Virus record (IMG/VR): IMGVR_UViG_3300017780_006605
Span: 1 to 40,092 of that record
Length of the DNA: 40,092 bases
Origin: a virus
Lineage: Duplodnaviria > Caudoviricetes
Direction: 5' to 3' (one strand)
This document shows positions 39,042-40,092 of the stretch, piece by piece; the first letter of the stretch is position 1; each line of letters begins with the position of its first letter. Position numbers and translations under genes: made by a program. Below the pieces are notes generated by a model. That model was not told the origin of the DNA. It worked only from the letters and a program-made list of their open reading frames with translations, and did not search any database.

Positions 39042-39615
39042 ACTTTGTCCTAATGGAACGTGTGACGACGTTCTTACGGAATCCGATAAACACTTTATTA
39101 AAGGTGGCGGCGTAATATTAACTGGTGTTATGCAAAGATCCGACGCAAGAAACGGAAATGGTAGAGTCTATCCCCATCCAATTCTTGAAAGAGAGATGAA
39201 CCTCTATAAAAAACTTGTAGAAGAAAGACGAGCATTGGGCGAGCTAGATCACCCAGATCAATCAGTTATTAATCTTCGAAACGTTTCTCATCTTGTAACA
39301 GATGTTTGGTGGAATAAAAAGGACGTAATGGGAAAGATCCAAGTCCTTAACACACCCTCTGGACAAGTATTGAAAGAATTAGTAAACGCAGGCGTTAAGA
39401 TTGGAATCTCTTCTAGAGGTACCGGCTCTGTACAAGAAACCAGAGGAGATACTATAGTAGAAGATGATTACCAACTTATTTGTTTTGACATTGTTTCAGA
39501 ACCATCAACTCAGGGTGCTTTTATGATGCAAGAACAAAGGAAATCTCTGATTGAAGGTAGAGAAGCAAAAATCGATACTTTAATAAACAACATTCTCAAA
39601 AAAGGAAATAAATAA
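39010..39615 (+). CDS. gp21: Prohead core protein protease, T4 gp21-like
   Basis: NGNGRVYP, ALGELDHP, VSH, TPSG, GISSRGTGS, FDIVSEPST. Confidence 0.95.
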   Translation: MSKRLLTEYYELCPNGTCDDVLTESDKHFIKGGGVILTGVMQRSDARNGNGRVYPHPILEREMNLYKKLVEERRALGELDHPDQSVINLRNVSHLVTDVWWNKKDVMGKIQVLNTPSGQVLKELVNAGVKIGISSRGTGSVQETRGDTIVEDDYQLICFDIVSEPSTQGAFMMQEQRKSLIEGREAKIDTLINNILKKGNK

Positions 39616-39616
39616 A

Positions 39617-39838
39617 ATGACTCTCACTAAAGACGTATTGAAAAGAATTATCAAAGAAGAACTGGCTAAGTTAGTAGCTGAAACTGAGGTAGTCGATCCT
39701 GCCGATGCAGAAATTGCTGACCTAGAGAAGCAACTTGCAGAAGCTAAGAAAGCAAAGGCTGCAAAAGGCACAAAGAAAGGATTAGGTGCTAAGCCACATC
39801 CTTCACACAAAATGAGCCCATTAAAAGCAAAGAAATAA
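39617..39838 (+). CDS. Small protein with the shared leader and a Lys/Ala-rich tail; candidate internal head protein
   Basis: MTLTKDVLKRIIKEEL leader; basic C-terminus AKKAKAAKGTKK; SD AAGGA. Confidence 0.75.
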   Translation: MTLTKDVLKRIIKEELAKLVAETEVVDPADAEIADLEKQLAEAKKAKAAKGTKKGLGAKPHPSHKMSPLKAKK

Positions 39839-39861
39839 TTCTTTTTTAGTTAAAAAAGATG

Positions 39862-39900
39862 GAGGATGGTGTTTTTTAAACACCATCCTCTATTTATTTA
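39862..39900 (+). terminator. Probable intrinsic terminator
   Basis: Perfect 13-bp stem GAGGATGGTGTTT/AAACACCATCCTC with a TTT loop, followed by TATTTATTTA. Confidence 0.65.
39889..39896 (+). promoter_or_regulatory. Putative late-promoter motif TCTATTTA overlapping the terminator tail
   Basis: 18 nt upstream of ATG 39915. Confidence 0.5.
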
Positions 39901-39914
39901 GGGAAATATTAATA

Positions 39915-40092
39915 ATGAATAAAGCCATTTCTGAAGCAAAAATTCGTTCTGTTGTGCGCCAAGAGTTGCGATCCTTTCTTATTGGCGAGGGATTATGGTC
40001 AACTGGATTGGATGTACTGAAAACAGCCGCAGGATTCAACAGTGAGAAGCAGGCACCCGACCCCAACAACCCTTCAGCTTTGCAAGCCTTCA
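39915..40092 (+). CDS. 3'-truncated protein with a leader-like N-terminus
   Basis: MNKAISEAKIRSVVRQELRSFLIGEGLWSTGLDVLK... open to the window end; not in the ORF track. Confidence 0.65.
   Translation, partial: MNKAISEAKIRSVVRQELRSFLIGEGLWSTGLDVLKTAAGFNSEKQAPDPNNPSALQAF

Noticed and set aside
107-39810. Numerous short minus-strand and alternative-frame ORFs in the track (e.g. 18961-19515, 13480-13821, 29589-29951, 36690-37052)
   Set aside because: They lie within or across long, motif-supported + strand genes and show no recognisable motifs; consistent with shadow ORFs.
1-40092. Stop-codon reassignment (TAG or TGA recoding, as in some large phages)
   Set aside because: Very long ORFs are intact under the standard code, and TAG (23371, 25746) and TGA (24420, 32334, 32715) end genes at plausible positions.

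Overview
A 40-kb, AT-rich segment of a large, distantly T4-related contractile-tailed phage. All credible genes are on the + strand, densely packed, and use the standard code (TAA, TAG and TGA all act as stops). Gene order: truncated large protein; gp25- and gp6-like baseplate wedge genes; a block of unusual tail/baseplate proteins including a 2994-aa LamG-containing protein; RuvC-like resolvase; primase; a single-chain Mre11/SbcD-Rad50/SbcC (gp47-gp46) fusion; a spanin-like membrane pair; small genes; large terminase; portal; a CxxC membrane protein; prohead protease. No tRNA, rRNA, CRISPR array, integrase or intron was seen. The most interesting unexplained signals are: (1) an unannotated Cys-Cys ORF with two competing RNA stems that overlaps the protease start and sits next to the CxxC membrane protein; (2) two remnants of a gp4/TnsA-like nuclease 3' end, each in frame behind one of two paralogous tail genes; (3) a tail-collar (P2 gpH N-terminal type) domain apparently split over separate genes; (4) a shared N-terminal leader on four small proteins, possibly a capsid-targeting, protease-cleaved signal; (5) a CTA(A/T/C)TTA late-promoter-like motif alternating with sigma70-type promoters. 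All family calls come from motif recognition by eye, not database searches.
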